DNA from: Phycisphaerae bacterium
GTDB taxonomy: Bacteria > Planctomycetota > Phycisphaerae > SM23-33
Length of the DNA: 64,000 nt
Assembly (NCBI GenBank): GCA_041687095.1
Contig: JAWLCQ010000004.1
Span: 19,194-83,193 of the forward strand
Direction: 5' to 3'
Below the pieces are notes generated by a model. It searched no databases. It saw only the letters and a program-made list of their open reading frames with translations, and was not told the DNA's origin. Every line of letters starts with the position of its first letter. Within the stretch, counting starts at the first letter, position 1. Positions 7,930 to 17,921 of this stretch are shown here, piece by piece. Both the position numbers and the translations under genes were made by a program.

Positions 7930-10902
7930 TCAACGCTTGCCCGTCTCCTTCTTCCCTTCCCTCACCATGCGGATTCGGGAACGTCCGGCGTCGGATTGCT
8001 CGGTGGCGTTGTGCTCCTGGACGTAGGTGCCGGGGCGGTGGAACTCGAAGACGGTGTGCTCCTCCTCCAGGGGCGGCTGCCAGAACAGGGCGTGGTTACG
8101 GCGGAAGACGAGGAGGTCTGCGCCCGGCTCGACGGTGAAGGCGGCGTGAGCGGGACTGCGGACCATGTTGCACTCGACGAGAGTCCCGACGATCTCGCGG
8201 GGCCCCTCCCCCCCGCCGCTGCCCTTGGCGAGGAACCCGTGGCCGCGGAGGTCGTGGAAGGTGTTCTGTCGCATGACGGTCCCGAGGATCAGCGGGAAGC
8301 CCGCGGGGAGTTTCGGGTCGCCTCCGGCGCTGACGATCCCCCCGTCCGTGGTCCCTTCAACGGAATTGTCCTCGAAGGTATTGAAGTACGACGGTCCGAC
8401 CCCGCGATTCCACGTCCGTCGCTGCGAGGAGGCGAGCGTCGCCCGCGAGGCGTGCAGCGAGATGCCCCCGCGGCGCTGGTCGGCGACGGTGTTTCCGGCC
8501 ACGACGTTCTCGATGCAGGTGAACCAGAGCTGCACCCCGGACATCCCGTTCCGCAGGTCGTTGGCGAGAATCAGGTTGCGGTAGAACAGCGTGGTGACCA
8601 GGATGCGGGAGTCGGGGTCGGGCTCGACGCGCCAGGGGCGGTCGAGGTGCAGCACGTGCCCCTCGCGGGCAACGACGCGCCGCGTCTGCCCGAACCCCTC
8701 GCCCTCCAGGACGACCACGTAGTACTGCTCGGTGGGGGTCTGGAAGACCCCGTCGCTCTCGGAGGCGGGCGGGGGCAGCAGGGGAGTTTCGCGCCCCTCC
8801 GAATCGGTCGGCAGCGAGTGGCGGAGGGTGGAACCGAGGTTCGCTTCGGGCGTGGGGGGAACGGAGGCGGGGAGCGTCACGGACGCCGCACCGACGTCCG
8901 CGGGATGCCCCAGGAACGCGTACTCCTGGCAGGCCTCCAGCAGGAGCGTCTCCCCGACGTTCTGGTCCGTGCCGGGCAGGCCCATGAACCGCGCCCGCTC
9001 GGTGCGATTGCGGGCGATGCAGTTGTTGGACACGGACCCATGCCCCGTGCTCAGCCAGATCATCCGGCGGTTGCCGGCGCTGCCCTCGGAGCGGGCGGGC
9101 GGCGCGGCGACAACGTTGTCGGCGATCACGCACTGCTCGATGATGTTCTGCCGCCCGAGGATCGTACCCTCCGCACCGCCCCCAAACCGCCGCTGGGGCA
9201 CGAGACGGTTGTCGCGGACGTGGCACTGGCGAACGCCCGCGAGGTACACCGGGACGCGCCCCCACAGCTCGCAGCCGCGGACCTGCGCCCCGTGGGCGTA
9301 GCGCAGGTGTACCGCGCGGTTCTCCATCCGCTTGCCCTCGATGCCCGTCACGCGGACGCCGACCAGGCGGGCGCCGCGCAGCCAGCGGGGGAACTGCCCG
9401 TGCTGGAACAGCACGCCCGTGTCGATGCGAGGCGAGCCTTCGACCGCGACCGCCTCCAGGGACGCGCCATCCCCCTCCAGATGCACCGCCACCCGCGGGG
9501 CGCCGGGCACGTCCCCGTGGGCCAGGACGTGCCGCGTGACGTTCTCCCCCTGCAGCACGATCCGCCCCGGGGCGGGCGAGGGGTCGGTTTCGTCGCTCGG
9601 GTCGTCGTCCGGATCGGACGCGAGCACCAGGGCGCGGACGATCACGCCCGTCCCCTCGGGCTCCTCCCAGACCATAGGATGGGCGCCTTCTTTCAGCTCG
9701 ATGCTCCCGGCACGCCCCCAGCGGAAGCGTCCCCATCCGCCGGTGTGGGGGAGGGGGGCGAGGTCGACGGGCTCGTCCCTTCCGGACTTGAGGCGGCTGA
9801 TGGCCTTCTGCCCAAGGGGGCCGCCGAGGGCGTACTGCACCCAAACGGTCCGCACGCCGCCCTTGGGCACGTCTGGATGGAAGTGCAACTGGTCGGGCCG
9901 GTTGCCCGGCCCGGAGGGGCCCGCCTGCCAGGCGTCGGGGGTCGCCAGGGCGTAGGCGTCGGTGTCGGCCCCGTCGAAGGCGAACTGCGTGCGGTCTGCC
10001 CCCGCACCGCGGATGGTGACCCCTGCGGGAATGGCGAGCGTGCGCTTCAACGCGATCCGTCCCGGAGGAAGCTGGACGACGGCGGGGGCCTGGCGGGCGG
10101 CCGACGCGACGGCGTCGCGCAGGGCGGACTCGGTGAGTTCGCTCACGGTGAGGACGCCGGGGGCGGTGGGGGGAACGACGCGGACGCGGAGCGGGTTGGA
10201 CCACCCCAGCGCCCCGCCCTTGCCCGTGTGGACCCAGAGGCGGTACTCGCGGGTGTCGGCGTGCGACCCGGCGGGCAGTACGGCGGCGATGCGGTACTTG
10301 TCGCACCCGGTGACCTGAAGCCACGCCCCTTCGCCCCCGTCGGTGGGTTGGGCGTAGACGTGGGCGCGGTCGAAGTCCGGCCGGCGGGCGAGATTCCGCC
10401 CGTAGATCTCGATCGTGTCCCCGGGGGCGCAGGTGTCGGGGGTCGCCCACCAGGCCTCCGGTGCGTTCAGGACGAGGGGGCGCGAGCGCAGCCCGTTCCC
10501 GTCGCGGGCCCACACAACGAAGATCCCGTCGTACGCCACTTGGGGGATGGTGACGGCCTGGTATTGCCCGGTCGCGAACTGCACCTGGAGCGGCCAGAGC
10601 TGCCCCCCGCTCGCCCCGTCACTCTCTCCCCACCCCTCGGCCGTCCCGTCGAGGCCCTCCCCGACGAGCAGGAGCGTCTGGTCCGGTCCGGCGTCGCCGG
10701 TCGCGGCGAAGATCACCGGTGCGTTCGCGTCCGCGTCATGCTGCGGGGGTTGGAAGGGCAGGCCGGGGGGCGAGACCCGGACGACGTCGTCCGGAGCCGT
10801 CAACGGGTGCGCGGGCGTTTGGGCCTGCGCGTGGGGGGTGGGGTCCATGGGTACGGTTCCTGTCGTTAGTGCCATCAGCACGATCGGCCAAGCACGTCGC
10901 AT
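7930..10902 (-). CDS. secreted right-handed parallel beta-helix repeat protein (pectate-lyase-superfamily fold) with an N-terminal Ig-like region
   Basis: ORF 7930..11199. A Sec-type signal peptide starts at the internal Met (MRRAWPIVLMALTTG, ATG at 10902). Beta-helix style repeats are present (NIIEQCVIADNVVAA, SNNCIARN, ILANDLRNG). The overlapping plus-strand 1475-aa ORF is Arg-rich antisense noise. Confidence 0.6.
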   Translation of the reverse strand: MRRAWPIVLMALTTGTVPMDPTPHAQAQTPAHPLTAPDDVVRVSPPGLPFQPPQHDADANAPVIFAATGDAGPDQTLLLVGEGLDGTAEGWGESDGASGGQLWPLQVQFATGQYQAVTIPQVAYDGIFVVWARDGNGLRSRPLVLNAPEAWWATPDTCAPGDTIEIYGRNLARRPDFDRAHVYAQPTDGGEGAWLQVTGCDKYRIAAVLPAGSHADTREYRLWVHTGKGGALGWSNPLRVRVVPPTAPGVLTVSELTESALRDAVASAARQAPAVVQLPPGRIALKRTLAIPAGVTIRGAGADRTQFAFDGADTDAYALATPDAWQAGPSGPGNRPDQLHFHPDVPKGGVRTVWVQYALGGPLGQKAISRLKSGRDEPVDLAPLPHTGGWGRFRWGRAGSIELKEGAHPMVWEEPEGTGVIVRALVLASDPDDDPSDETDPSPAPGRIVLQGENVTRHVLAHGDVPGAPRVAVHLEGDGASLEAVAVEGSPRIDTGVLFQHGQFPRWLRGARLVGVRVTGIEGKRMENRAVHLRYAHGAQVRGCELWGRVPVYLAGVRQCHVRDNRLVPQRRFGGGAEGTILGRQNIIEQCVIADNVVAAPPARSEGSAGNRRMIWLSTGHGSVSNNCIARNRTERARFMGLPGTDQNVGETLLLEACQEYAFLGHPADVGAASVTLPASVPPTPEANLGSTLRHSLPTDSEGRETPLLPPPASESDGVFQTPTEQYYVVVLEGEGFGQTRRVVAREGHVLHLDRPWRVEPDPDSRILVTTLFYRNLILANDLRNGMSGVQLWFTCIENVVAGNTVADQRRGGISLHASRATLASSQRRTWNRGVGPSYFNTFEDNSVEGTTDGGIVSAGGDPKLPAGFPLILGTVMRQNTFHDLRGHGFLAKGSGGGEGPREIVGTLVECNMVRSPAHAAFTVEPGADLLVFRRNHALFWQPPLEEEHTVFEFHRPGTYVQEHNATEQSDAGRSRIRMVREGKKETGKR

Positions 10903-11492
10903 GTCGCCTCCGTGACCGCCGGGGCCTTCTTGCCGGTTCCCAGCCGTGGAGACCGCAAGGGCCGCGGAATACGCAGACCCGGGAGAGCGAAGGCAACCGG
11001 CCCCTCCGTCCTCTCCGGAACTCGGGGATAGCATACCCGACTCCTGCATGCCGGTGAAGGCGTTGCAGCGCGAGAGACGTTCGGAGACCTGCCGTGACCG
11101 CAGCACAGTGTAGGGCATGTCCGTGCCCCCAGTCGGCCCGAACTCCAGGCGCAGGAAGATGGCGGACCTGGAGAAGGAAGCCCCACGTGGCGGTGGCAAG
11201 GTCGTGGAGGCCGACAGTGACTGCAGCCCCCCGGGTCGCTCGTGGTGTTTCCGGCCTCCGCGTCGAATTCCCCGCCGGTTCTCAGCCGATCACTCCGGCA
11301 CGATCGGCAAGGCCGAGCAGGTCCACCGTCAGCAGGGGGGCTCCGAACGTCGAAACCAGAACTCATCCGCTTGCCCGGGGGCCGGTCCGGCGACGGCAGC
11401 GGGGAAAGGCGAACGGCACCGCCTGCGCAGCGGCGCCGCCGCCGTAGCGTGCTCCACGCCCCCGGGCAACCGGACGATTCCCCCGTCGACGT

Positions 11493-11884
11493 TCAGCACA
11501 TGGGGCTCTCCACCACGGGCGCCAGCACGATGACGAACGTGCGGGCGGCCTTGCCCTCGGCGATGGCGTGGGCGAGGGCCTGGACGACCTCGGCGCCATG
11601 GAGGAAGCGGTGGAAGTTCGGCAGCACCAGCACCGCCGTCCCCCCCGGCCGGGCCAGGGCCCCCGCCGCCCGGATCGCCGCCACCGGGCCCTGCGCCTCC
11701 GGGGCCTCGGCCGAGGCATCGCCGACCCGCAGTCCACGGTCGACGTCCCAGACCGCCAGGCCCCAGCCGTGCTCCCGGCACAGCCCCGCAATCTCCGCCA
11801 GGGCCTCCTCGTGCTCGAAGCTCCGCACCCACATCCCCGTGAAGGCCGTGGCGATGTACTCGTGAAGGTGCTGCGATAAGCTCA
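11493..11884 (-). CDS. hypothetical protein (~130 aa)
   Basis: The protein-like part of ORF 11493..12446 begins at MSLSQHLHEYIATAFTGMWVRSFEHEEALAEIAGL, with AAAGGA 13 nt upstream. The upstream 185 codons are low-complexity and overlap the kinase promoter region. No family recognised. Confidence 0.4.
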
Positions 11885-12173
11885 TAGGAGTGTGGTCCTT
11901 TCGGGTTGGGGGTTCTTCCTGTGGTCGTTCCGTGACATGCTGCATGCCTCGCAGGCTGACAGGCCCGGGGGCCCCAGGCCTCGCGGGGCATTTCCGGCGG
12001 CGTTTGACACCCGTGGCGGACAGCGTGTCGGCAAGCGGTTGACGGGTGAGGGTTCGTGGGCGATGATTGGCATCAGATCGGCGCATTTCCTTCCCTCCGC
12101 CTCGGGGTTGTGCGGGGCGGGCGGTTGGGCAGAGGGCGGCGGGCAGGGCGAGCGGGCGCATGGGAGCGAGTTC

Positions 12174-15100
12174 ATGGGCGAGGAAATCGATCTTCACGTT
12201 GGCGGCTACCACCTGACGGAGTCCATCGGCACCGGCGGGATGGGCAGCGTGTTCCGCGCGACCGTCGAGGCCGACGGCAAGCCCGTCCCGCGCGGCAGCA
12301 CCGTCGCGGTCAAGCTCCTGCACCCCCACCTGCGGACCATCCCCGAGTTTGTCCAACGCTTCCGACGTGAGGCCCATCTTGCGGCCGCCATCTGTCATCC
12401 CAATGTCGTCCGCGTCCTTGATGAGGGCGAGGACGACCGCAAGCACTACATCGTCATGGAATTCGCGCCAGGCCGAAAGCTCACCGATCTCCTAAAGGCG
12501 AACTCCCCTCTCAGTCCTCAGCAGACTATCGAGATCATGAGCCAGGTCTGCAACGCCCTCCAAGCGGCCCACTGTGTTGAGGACCCGGATGAGCCCGGGC
12601 GCATCCGCAGCCTCGTTCACCGGGACATCAAGCCTGACAACATCGTCATTCAGGATGTATCCGATCGCCCGTTTCCTACAGTCTCCGTCGCCGACGCCAA
12701 ACCTTCCGTTGCGCAGCTCCGCGTGAAGCTCCTGGACTTCGGGCTCGCAAAGGATGTTCAAAGCCTTTCGACTGCCCTTAGCCAGAGCGGACAGTCCCTC
12801 GGCACTCCGGCCTACATGTCCCCGGAGCAGTGCCGCGGGGAGGATGTGGACCAACGCTCCGACATCTACTCTCTTGGCGTCGTCGCCTATCACACGATCA
12901 CCGGCACGCAGCCATTCGCCGGCCCCACTACCGTCGCCTACGCCCAGCAGCATGCCGAGGAAATCCCCCCCGACATCCTCAAGCGCAATCCCCTGTGTCC
13001 GAATAGCCTCGCCGACTGCATCTACCGCTGCCTCGCCAAGGACCCCGCCGACCGCTACGCCTCCCCTGCCGAACTCCAATGCGATCTCGCCCGCATCGTC
13101 CGAGGCCAGCCCGTCGCACAGGTCCACCGGTTCCGCAGGAAGGACTCCTTCAACGGTCGCCGGGTCGCCGCCATCGCTGCCTGCACGCTTCTAGTCGCCG
13201 CGGCCGTCGCGGTCGGCGGTTGGATGCTGCTAACGGACACAGCGAGATCCGACCTCGCCCGGGCCATGCAGGAGGCCGAGGCCGCCGTCGCCGCACATGA
13301 ATACGGAAGGGCCAGGTCCCTGATGGAAGACGCGATCGCGGCCATTTCGAACCGGTCGGATCGCGATCAACTGATTGCCCCGGCCCAACGCCGCCTGAGT
13401 GCGATTGTGGCCCTGCAGGAGGATGAGCGGGCGAAAGAGGCGCGGTTGGCAAGGGTAGGGCAGCTCATGGGGGAAGCCCGGAAGTTGCTCGTGGAGGGAC
13501 GCTTGGTGGAGGCGGGGACTGTCATCCGGAGCGTTCTGGAACTCGACCCCGACAGCAAGCAAGGCCTGCTGCTGCAGAATGAGATTCTCCATCGTTTCCG
13601 GCTCGCCCAGGCGGCCCCCGTCAAAGTGCAAGCCGATACGGCTGTGGAGAGCCTACGGGCGATGGATCTGGCTCGAAGCGAAGGTTTCGAGGGCCTCTTG
13701 GAAGCCCTGGATGCCACCTACCGCTTGGCGGGGACGCTCTTCACGGAGAAGGATTATGGCCTGGCGATAGAGAAGTACCAGGAGGTGATCCGCGAATCTG
13801 ACCGGTTGGCCCGCCTGGAGGAGGAGCGGCAGCAAGCGAAGCGGGAACTGGCTCGGGCGCGGGACGCGGAGGATGCAGCTCTGCGAGACGGAGCCGAAGA
13901 GGAACCCGAGTCGCTGTCCGCCCTGGGGCGAGCCCGAAAGGCAAGGATGGCGGGACAGGGGCAATTCCAGAGCCAGCGCTTCGCCGAAGCCGCCGCGACG
14001 TGGCAGCAGTCCAGGGAGGGGTTCGACGAAGCCGGCGAGGCCGCAAGTGGCATTACACGCCTTCGAGACGAGGCGGGAGAAGCGAAGTCGGCAGCAGTTG
14101 CGGCGGAGTCTGCGGCGAGGGGCGCGGGAGCCGAAGGGCTGGAAGGCGCGGTGTCCATATGGTCATCGGCCTGCGCGAAGGCTGCTCGGGCGGAGGCCGC
14201 GTACAAGGCTCGGGAGTATGCGACCGCTGCGGCCGAATGGAAGTCGGCCGAGAGCACGTTCATCGCCGCTCGGGACCTCGCCACCTGCCTTTCTGCGGTG
14301 GCGGACGCCCGAGCGAAGTACCAGGTCACGTTATCCCGATGCGATCAGTCGCTCCTTTGCGAACATGGAGCAGTGGTATGGGAGGAGGTGCAGCAGATCC
14401 TCCAGACGGCCACGAGCGAGGGAAAGGACTTCAATGAAGCGGTGAAGGCCTACGAGCGAGCCGCAAGCCTTCTTCCGCAAGCCGTGACGGAGGCGCAAAT
14501 GGTTCAGGAGGAGGCTCGCTTCGCCTCGCTTCTTCTGGCGGCGCAACGAGCGGCTGAGGTCCTTCCGCCCTTGGGAAACGCGCTTAAGGCCGTGGAAAAG
14601 GAGACGCTGGAGTCCGGCCTGCGCGCCGTGCAGGGAGCCTTGGCGATTCGGCCTGCGGACACAACGGCGGCGGGTCTGAAGGACACACTGGAGTCCTATC
14701 TGGCTCTCCCAAAGGAAATCCAGCTCGAATTGGGTAACGGCGTGCGCATTCCGTTCGTGCTTGTCCCTGCCGGAAAGGCCACGATGGGCAGCTCCGAGAC
14801 AGAGGGGGATCGGAAAAGGGACGAGGGCCCCCAGCGCGAGGTGACGATCAGCCAGCCCTTCTACATGGGCGTCTACGAGGTGACGCAGGAGCAGTACGAG
14901 GCGGTGATGCAAGCGAAGCCCAGCTATTTCCGGGGGGCGAAGAACCCTGTGGACAACGTCTCGTGGCACGATGCGGTGAAGTTCTGCCGGGAGGTGTCCA
15001 AGAAGACGGGGCGCACGCTTCGTCTGCCCACCGAGGCGGAATGGGAGTACGCCTTTCGGGCAGGCAGCAACACACGATACCACTACGGGCAAGACCCGGA

Positions 15101-15440
15101 TGCACGCCGTTTGGGTGAATACGCGTGGTATTTCGGGAACAGCGACTCCAAGACGCACCCCGTGGGGGGTAAGAAGCCCAACGCCTTTGGCCTGCACGAC
15201 ATGCACGGAAACGTGTGGGAGTGGTGCAATGACCGCTATGCGGATTCCTACGCAGGGGGCAAAGAGACGGATCCGACGGGACCGGAATCTGGGGACAGCC
15301 GGGTGGTCCGCGGCGGTTCGTGGCTTAGCTTCTCGAAGGACTGTCGGTCAGCCAGTCGCTTCTGCCTGCTGCCGGATACTCGACTGTTCAACGGCGGATT
15401 CCGTGTGGTGTCCCTCGTTCCCGAGGAGGATGAGGAATAG
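12174..15440 (+). CDS. Ser/Thr protein kinase with a long helical/TPR-like linker and a C-terminal FGE-sulfatase (SUMF1/DUF323) fold domain lacking one catalytic Cys
   Basis: Kinase subdomains are present (GTGGMGSVF; VAVKLL; HRDIKPDNIV; DFGLAK; SPEQ). C-terminal FGE-domain motifs are present (NVSWHDA...; GLHDMHGNVWEWCNDRY; VRGGSW...FRVV). Start taken at MGEEIDLH (12174) rather than the ORF start 11892. Confidence 0.8.
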   Translation: MGEEIDLHVGGYHLTESIGTGGMGSVFRATVEADGKPVPRGSTVAVKLLHPHLRTIPEFVQRFRREAHLAAAICHPNVVRVLDEGEDDRKHYIVMEFAPGRKLTDLLKANSPLSPQQTIEIMSQVCNALQAAHCVEDPDEPGRIRSLVHRDIKPDNIVIQDVSDRPFPTVSVADAKPSVAQLRVKLLDFGLAKDVQSLSTALSQSGQSLGTPAYMSPEQCRGEDVDQRSDIYSLGVVAYHTITGTQPFAGPTTVAYAQQHAEEIPPDILKRNPLCPNSLADCIYRCLAKDPADRYASPAELQCDLARIVRGQPVAQVHRFRRKDSFNGRRVAAIAACTLLVAAAVAVGGWMLLTDTARSDLARAMQEAEAAVAAHEYGRARSLMEDAIAAISNRSDRDQLIAPAQRRLSAIVALQEDERAKEARLARVGQLMGEARKLLVEGRLVEAGTVIRSVLELDPDSKQGLLLQNEILHRFRLAQAAPVKVQADTAVESLRAMDLARSEGFEGLLEALDATYRLAGTLFTEKDYGLAIEKYQEVIRESDRLARLEEERQQAKRELARARDAEDAALRDGAEEEPESLSALGRARKARMAGQGQFQSQRFAEAAATWQQSREGFDEAGEAASGITRLRDEAGEAKSAAVAAESAARGAGAEGLEGAVSIWSSACAKAARAEAAYKAREYATAAAEWKSAESTFIAARDLATCLSAVADARAKYQVTLSRCDQSLLCEHGAVVWEEVQQILQTATSEGKDFNEAVKAYERAASLLPQAVTEAQMVQEEARFASLLLAAQRAAEVLPPLGNALKAVEKETLESGLRAVQGALAIRPADTTAAGLKDTLESYLALPKEIQLELGNGVRIPFVLVPAGKATMGSSETEGDRKRDEGPQREVTISQPFYMGVYEVTQEQYEAVMQAKPSYFRGAKNPVDNVSWHDAVKFCREVSKKTGRTLRLPTEAEWEYAFRAGSNTRYHYGQDPDARRLGEYAWYFGNSDSKTHPVGGKKPNAFGLHDMHGNVWEWCNDRYADSYAGGKETDPTGPESGDSRVVRGGSWLSFSKDCRSASRFCLLPDTRLFNGGFRVVSLVPEEDEE

Positions 15441-15543
15441 GCTTCGCCCGAGCCTGTGAACGCTTCATCAGGTTTGCGGTCAAAGAACGATCTGCGCCTT
15501 TCAGGAACGGGCTGTACTGCGAACGGAACGATCATGTGGAGCG

Positions 15544-16776
15544 ATGGGCCAGATGCTGTCTGGATGCTCTTTGTGCATAGACGAATGGGGTTGCTCAATG
15601 ACGGAACTGACCGGAGAAGTGCAACGGACAGAGAACACAACTGTGCGCCTCGAATCGCTGCTGGACTGCCCGTTGCCATCGGAATCCGGGATGACCGCAC
15701 GAGAGGTTCTGTCTGGACCCTCCACGTCGATCAAAGCTATTTGCAGGCTCAGAGAGCATGCCAAGCACCTCGCCCGCGTCCTGGGGGCACCGGATGATCA
15801 CGCAGCGGCGGTGGCGGTTTACTTCGCGGCCATCGCGAGGGCGAAGGTGGCGAGCGGGGAGACGATCACGTCCCACTCCCCCGCGTACCTGGTCAACGCG
15901 ATGGGGCAGCTCATGGACCAGCCCTGGATGCCCGACGGCCTCCGCTCGCTGCTGCGGGGGGCGAGGGATGCGTGGCTGAGCGAGGGGGCGAGCGCAGCAG
16001 GGCGGCTGGACGCGCCGGGGTACGGCGGGTTCGCGATCACCGGGGAGTTCGGCCGATCCGGGCTGCTGTGCCTCTACTCCGCCCGCCACCCCGTGCAGCC
16101 GAAGGGGCGATACCTGGTGAAGGTCTTCCAGCCGCCGATGTTCTGGATCCAAGCGGATCGGCCGGAAACGTACCTCCAGACGTTCCTGGATCGCGTCGAC
16201 GCCCACCACCGCGTTTGCGAGAGCGGAGCGGAGCACTGGGTGCCCCTGCACGCGTCCGGGAAGGCGGAGGGGGCGGGGTTCGCGGCGATGGACGCCTACG
16301 ACCGGTCGGCGGAGTCGCTGATGCTGACGAAGGTCCGCATGCGAGCAGGCCTGCTGCGGGAGATCGTCTTGGGTGTGCTGGACGGTCTGATGGAGGCGCG
16401 GGCGGCGTTGGGGCGCCCCCACGGGGCGGTCAAGCCGAGCAACGTGCTGCTGCGAGACCGGCGATGGGGACACATGGAGGTGGGGTTGGCGGACCCGGCC
16501 CCGGCGGCGTGGCTGGCGGACGTATCGGATGCGGTGGAGCGCGAAGCGACGGACCTGGCGGCGCTGGGGCGACTGATCTACGGCCTGATCCTGCACCGCC
16601 TGCCCGTGGGGGCGGGGCTGGTGCAGGCGGGCGAGAGTGGGGAGTGGCAAGTCCTGGGCCGCAAGGCGGGGGCGCGATGGCGCGACCTGTGCAATCGCCT
16701 CCTTCGCACGCAAGCGGGCGTGGACGTCTGCCCACTGGAGGCGATCCGCGAGCAGGCGGCCGGGATGCGGCAATGA
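15544..16776 (+). CDS. kinase-like protein with a degenerate catalytic loop (predicted pseudokinase)
   Basis: Contains YLVKVF (VAIK-like Lys) and GRPHGAVKPSNVLL in place of HRDLKPxNxLL (the Asp is replaced), and MEVGLAD in place of DFG. Lies immediately downstream of the kinase-FGE gene on the same strand. Start uncertain (15544 or 15598). Confidence 0.45.
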   Translation: MGQMLSGCSLCIDEWGCSMTELTGEVQRTENTTVRLESLLDCPLPSESGMTAREVLSGPSTSIKAICRLREHAKHLARVLGAPDDHAAAVAVYFAAIARAKVASGETITSHSPAYLVNAMGQLMDQPWMPDGLRSLLRGARDAWLSEGASAAGRLDAPGYGGFAITGEFGRSGLLCLYSARHPVQPKGRYLVKVFQPPMFWIQADRPETYLQTFLDRVDAHHRVCESGAEHWVPLHASGKAEGAGFAAMDAYDRSAESLMLTKVRMRAGLLREIVLGVLDGLMEARAALGRPHGAVKPSNVLLRDRRWGHMEVGLADPAPAAWLADVSDAVEREATDLAALGRLIYGLILHRLPVGAGLVQAGESGEWQVLGRKAGARWRDLCNRLLRTQAGVDVCPLEAIREQAAGMRQ

Positions 16777-16834
16777 CTTGGTGGCGGGCTCATCGGTGGT
16801 GTCATCGTAGCTCCGTCTGCGGCCAGCAGGGCTC

Positions 16835-17185
16835 GTGCCGCGAGAGGGCCTGACGTCAGACATCGCCATCCTGACGCGCTGCAACGGCAAGCAGTTCGTG
16901 CTCTTAAACGCCCGCCTCTTCGCCAGCGAGAAGAGCGGACGGTGGTGGGTGTCCTACACCTACCGCAACCGGATCTCGGGGGAGGAGGATCGGAAGGTGC
17001 TCTTCGGGGCCGGCTCCAGCGGCCGCCCCAAGCTGATTGTCTTCGGGCTCTGCCGCCCGAAGATGAACCCGAAGACCAAGCGGGCCTTCCCGCCCGACTA
17101 CGTGTACGATCCGTACGATCGGACCCCGCTGGTCCCCGCCGAGTTGGACGCGCCGTTCCACAAGGTGCAGGAGGAGGCGCCCTGA
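16835..17185 (+). CDS. hypothetical small protein (116 aa)
   Basis: Lys/Phe/Tyr-containing, protein-like composition that is unlike GC-noise ORFs (…KQFVLLNARLFASEKSGRWWVSYTYRNRISGEEDRKVLF…). No family recognised. Confidence 0.4.
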   Translation: MPREGLTSDIAILTRCNGKQFVLLNARLFASEKSGRWWVSYTYRNRISGEEDRKVLFGAGSSGRPKLIVFGLCRPKMNPKTKRAFPPDYVYDPYDRTPLVPAELDAPFHKVQEEAP

Positions 17186-17469
17186 CGCAGGAGGGCAGGA
17201 CGCGCTGCCGTGCTGGGGGGCGCAAACGATCCTTTGGATAGCGGCAGGGCTGTCCCCAGGGCCCGCACCTCTCCGCAGTACGCCAGGTGTCCCCTGCAGT
17301 ACAGCGACGCGTACAGCAGCATCATCCCGCACGGGTGGAACTCGCTGGTCACGCCCGCCCCTGGGCTGCCCGAGCGGTACGTCACCCGCAGGGGCTCGCC
17401 GGCCGTGGGCGGCCTCGTAGGCGAGGAAGGCCGAATTGCCGGCGGAGCCCCCCAACCCACGTAGGTCTT

Positions 17470-17545
17470 CAAGCAAATGCCACGGGCAAGATGCCCGGGG
17501 GACACATGGCCGAGACGGCGAGACGGCCATGCCACGGGAGCCCAA
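17470..17545. repeat. cluster of REP-like GC-rich hairpins (CGGGCAAGATGCCCG; CATGGCCG...GGCCATG) in a ~730-bp gene-free region
   Basis: Short perfect palindromes. The 16-mer cacgggcaagatgccc recurs at 41683-41698 inside another hairpin cluster. Confidence 0.35.
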
Positions 17546-17921
17546 AGGTGCGATCCCCCTGCATAACACGCCGCCAGCGGTTGCCCCGGGGCAACCGGCG
17601 AGGGGCGCCTCGTCGTCATGACCGGCAGCAGGCTTCTGAACGCCTGTCTCTCGACTGCCGCCGCCGCAGGCGCAGCCACATGAGGCTGTCGTACTCGACG
17701 GGGGTGATCGCTCCGCACCGGAGCCCACACCGTTTGTCAACGCCACCGACAGGACCGTACCACGGCCAACCCGGAGGGTCAACGACTGCAGACCGCACGG
17801 TGCACGACCGTTCATGCAGCCGGGCGAGAGCGGCCGCGGGGGCGGTGGTGGAGGCGGTATTCCTCTTGCTTGCCATCTACTCGTTCTCCGTCGGGGCGGT
17901 GCGTTTCTGGTGGGGGTGGAC

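Noticed and set aside
8357-10513. 718-aa minus-strand ORF in an alternative frame of the beta-helix gene
   Set aside because: Extreme Arg/Pro content (RRGRRG... runs). It is out of frame with the motif-bearing reading frame.
11885-12446. Upstream 185 codons of minus ORF 11493..12446
   Set aside because: Low-complexity region (AARDGLAVGLDGRAEHAAHPAGADG...) overlapping the kinase upstream region. The protein-like part starts at MSLSQH (11884), which has an RBS.
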